NCBI GenBank assembly: GCA_036007765.1
Contig: DASYOM010000164.1
Span: 5,512-69,511, forward strand
Direction: 5' to 3'
From: Chitinophagaceae bacterium
GTDB lineage: Bacteria > Bacteroidota > Bacteroidia > Chitinophagales > Chitinophagaceae
Length of the DNA: 64,000 bases
Made by a program: the position numbers and the translations under genes
The notes under the pieces: generated by a model
Databases searched by the model: none
What the model was told of the DNA's origin: nothing
The model's input: the letters and a program-made list of their open reading frames with translations, nothing else
Shown: positions 63,503-64,000 of the stretch, one piece after another
How the letters are laid out: the number at the start of each line of letters is the position of its first letter
Numbering within the stretch: the stretch's first letter is position 1

Positions 63503-64000
63503 CTACTTCCCTATCAAAGTTCCCGCGGTACAACTTTCAATAATTACGTCTGTGTAATCACTTTTTTTCAAAAAACCTTTCTTTGGAAAAACTACTACTT
63601 TATTATTATCGCTCCTTCCGGCCCAATGTGAATCACTTTTTTTAGAATCGCCCTCAATTAATACTTTATGTGTTTTCCCAATTTCTTTTTGCATTCCCTT
63701 TAATGAGTGTATTCGATGCAAATTCACAATCTCCTGTAATCTTCTTTTTTTTATTTCCAAAGGCACATCGTCTTCAAAACGCCTTTCAGCAAGGGTTCCC
63801 GGTCGCTCGGAATAATAATACATGTAAGCAAGTTCGTATTCGCAATATTCCATAAGCCTCATTGTTTCCTGGTGGTCTTCTTCAGTTTCAGTACAAAAAC
63901 CAGTAATCATATCTGTTGAAATTCCACAGCCTGGTAACAATTCACGTATCCTGTCAACTTTCCCAATATACCAATCACGGGTATACGTGCGATTCATTAA
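63503..64000 (-). CDS. miaB: tRNA methylthiotransferase MiaB, C-terminal part (5' end outside the window)
   Basis: MNRTYTR, STDMITGFCTETEEDH, YSERPGT, C-terminal TRAM domain. Confidence 0.93.
   Translation of the reverse strand, partial: LMNRTYTRDWYIGKVDRIRELLPGCGISTDMITGFCTETEEDHQETMRLMEYCEYELAYMYYYSERPGTLAERRFEDDVPLEIKKRRLQEIVNLHRIHSLKGMQKEIGKTHKVLIEGDSKKSDSHWAGRSDNNKVVVFPKKGFLKKSDYTDVIIESCTAGTLIGK

Overview
AT-rich Bacteroidota window. The protein families, TAnnTTTG -7 promoter elements and SD-less starts point to a Chitinophagaceae-like host (inference). The flanks hold housekeeping genes. Left: M1 peptidase, peptide-binding lipoprotein, desaturase and a broken msrA. Right: tRNA-Pro(GGG), UbiD-family decarboxylase, lpdA, yihY, mltG, secG, lptE, a sigma54-type regulator and miaB. 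The ~45 kb between them is accessory DNA abutting the 3' side of tRNA-Pro; an imperfect ~50-bp repeat at 19708 and 50116 brackets a ~30-kb block. That block carries a co-oriented cluster: Zn alcohol dehydrogenase, a complete N-ATPase (atpDCQRBEFAG, Na+-type c subunit), acetate kinase, HPF/RaiA, phosphoketolase, class I aldolase, zwf, VIT1, GH144-like glucanase, pgm, MgtC/DUF4010, a baeRF3-like fragment, acetyl-CoA transferase and an L,D-transpeptidase. Just to its left lie a FixL-like PAS kinase and a REC-Crp/Fnr hybrid regulator, and FNR-like boxes (some in 22-bp tandems) precede the cluster. Best hypothesis: an oxygen-sensed hypoxia/dormancy module coupling phosphoketolase fermentation to an ATP-driven Na+ pump and ribosome hibernation. 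Many peripheral genes are broken. Several lesions are homopolymer indels that could be sequencing errors. All family calls come from motif recognition, not database searches.
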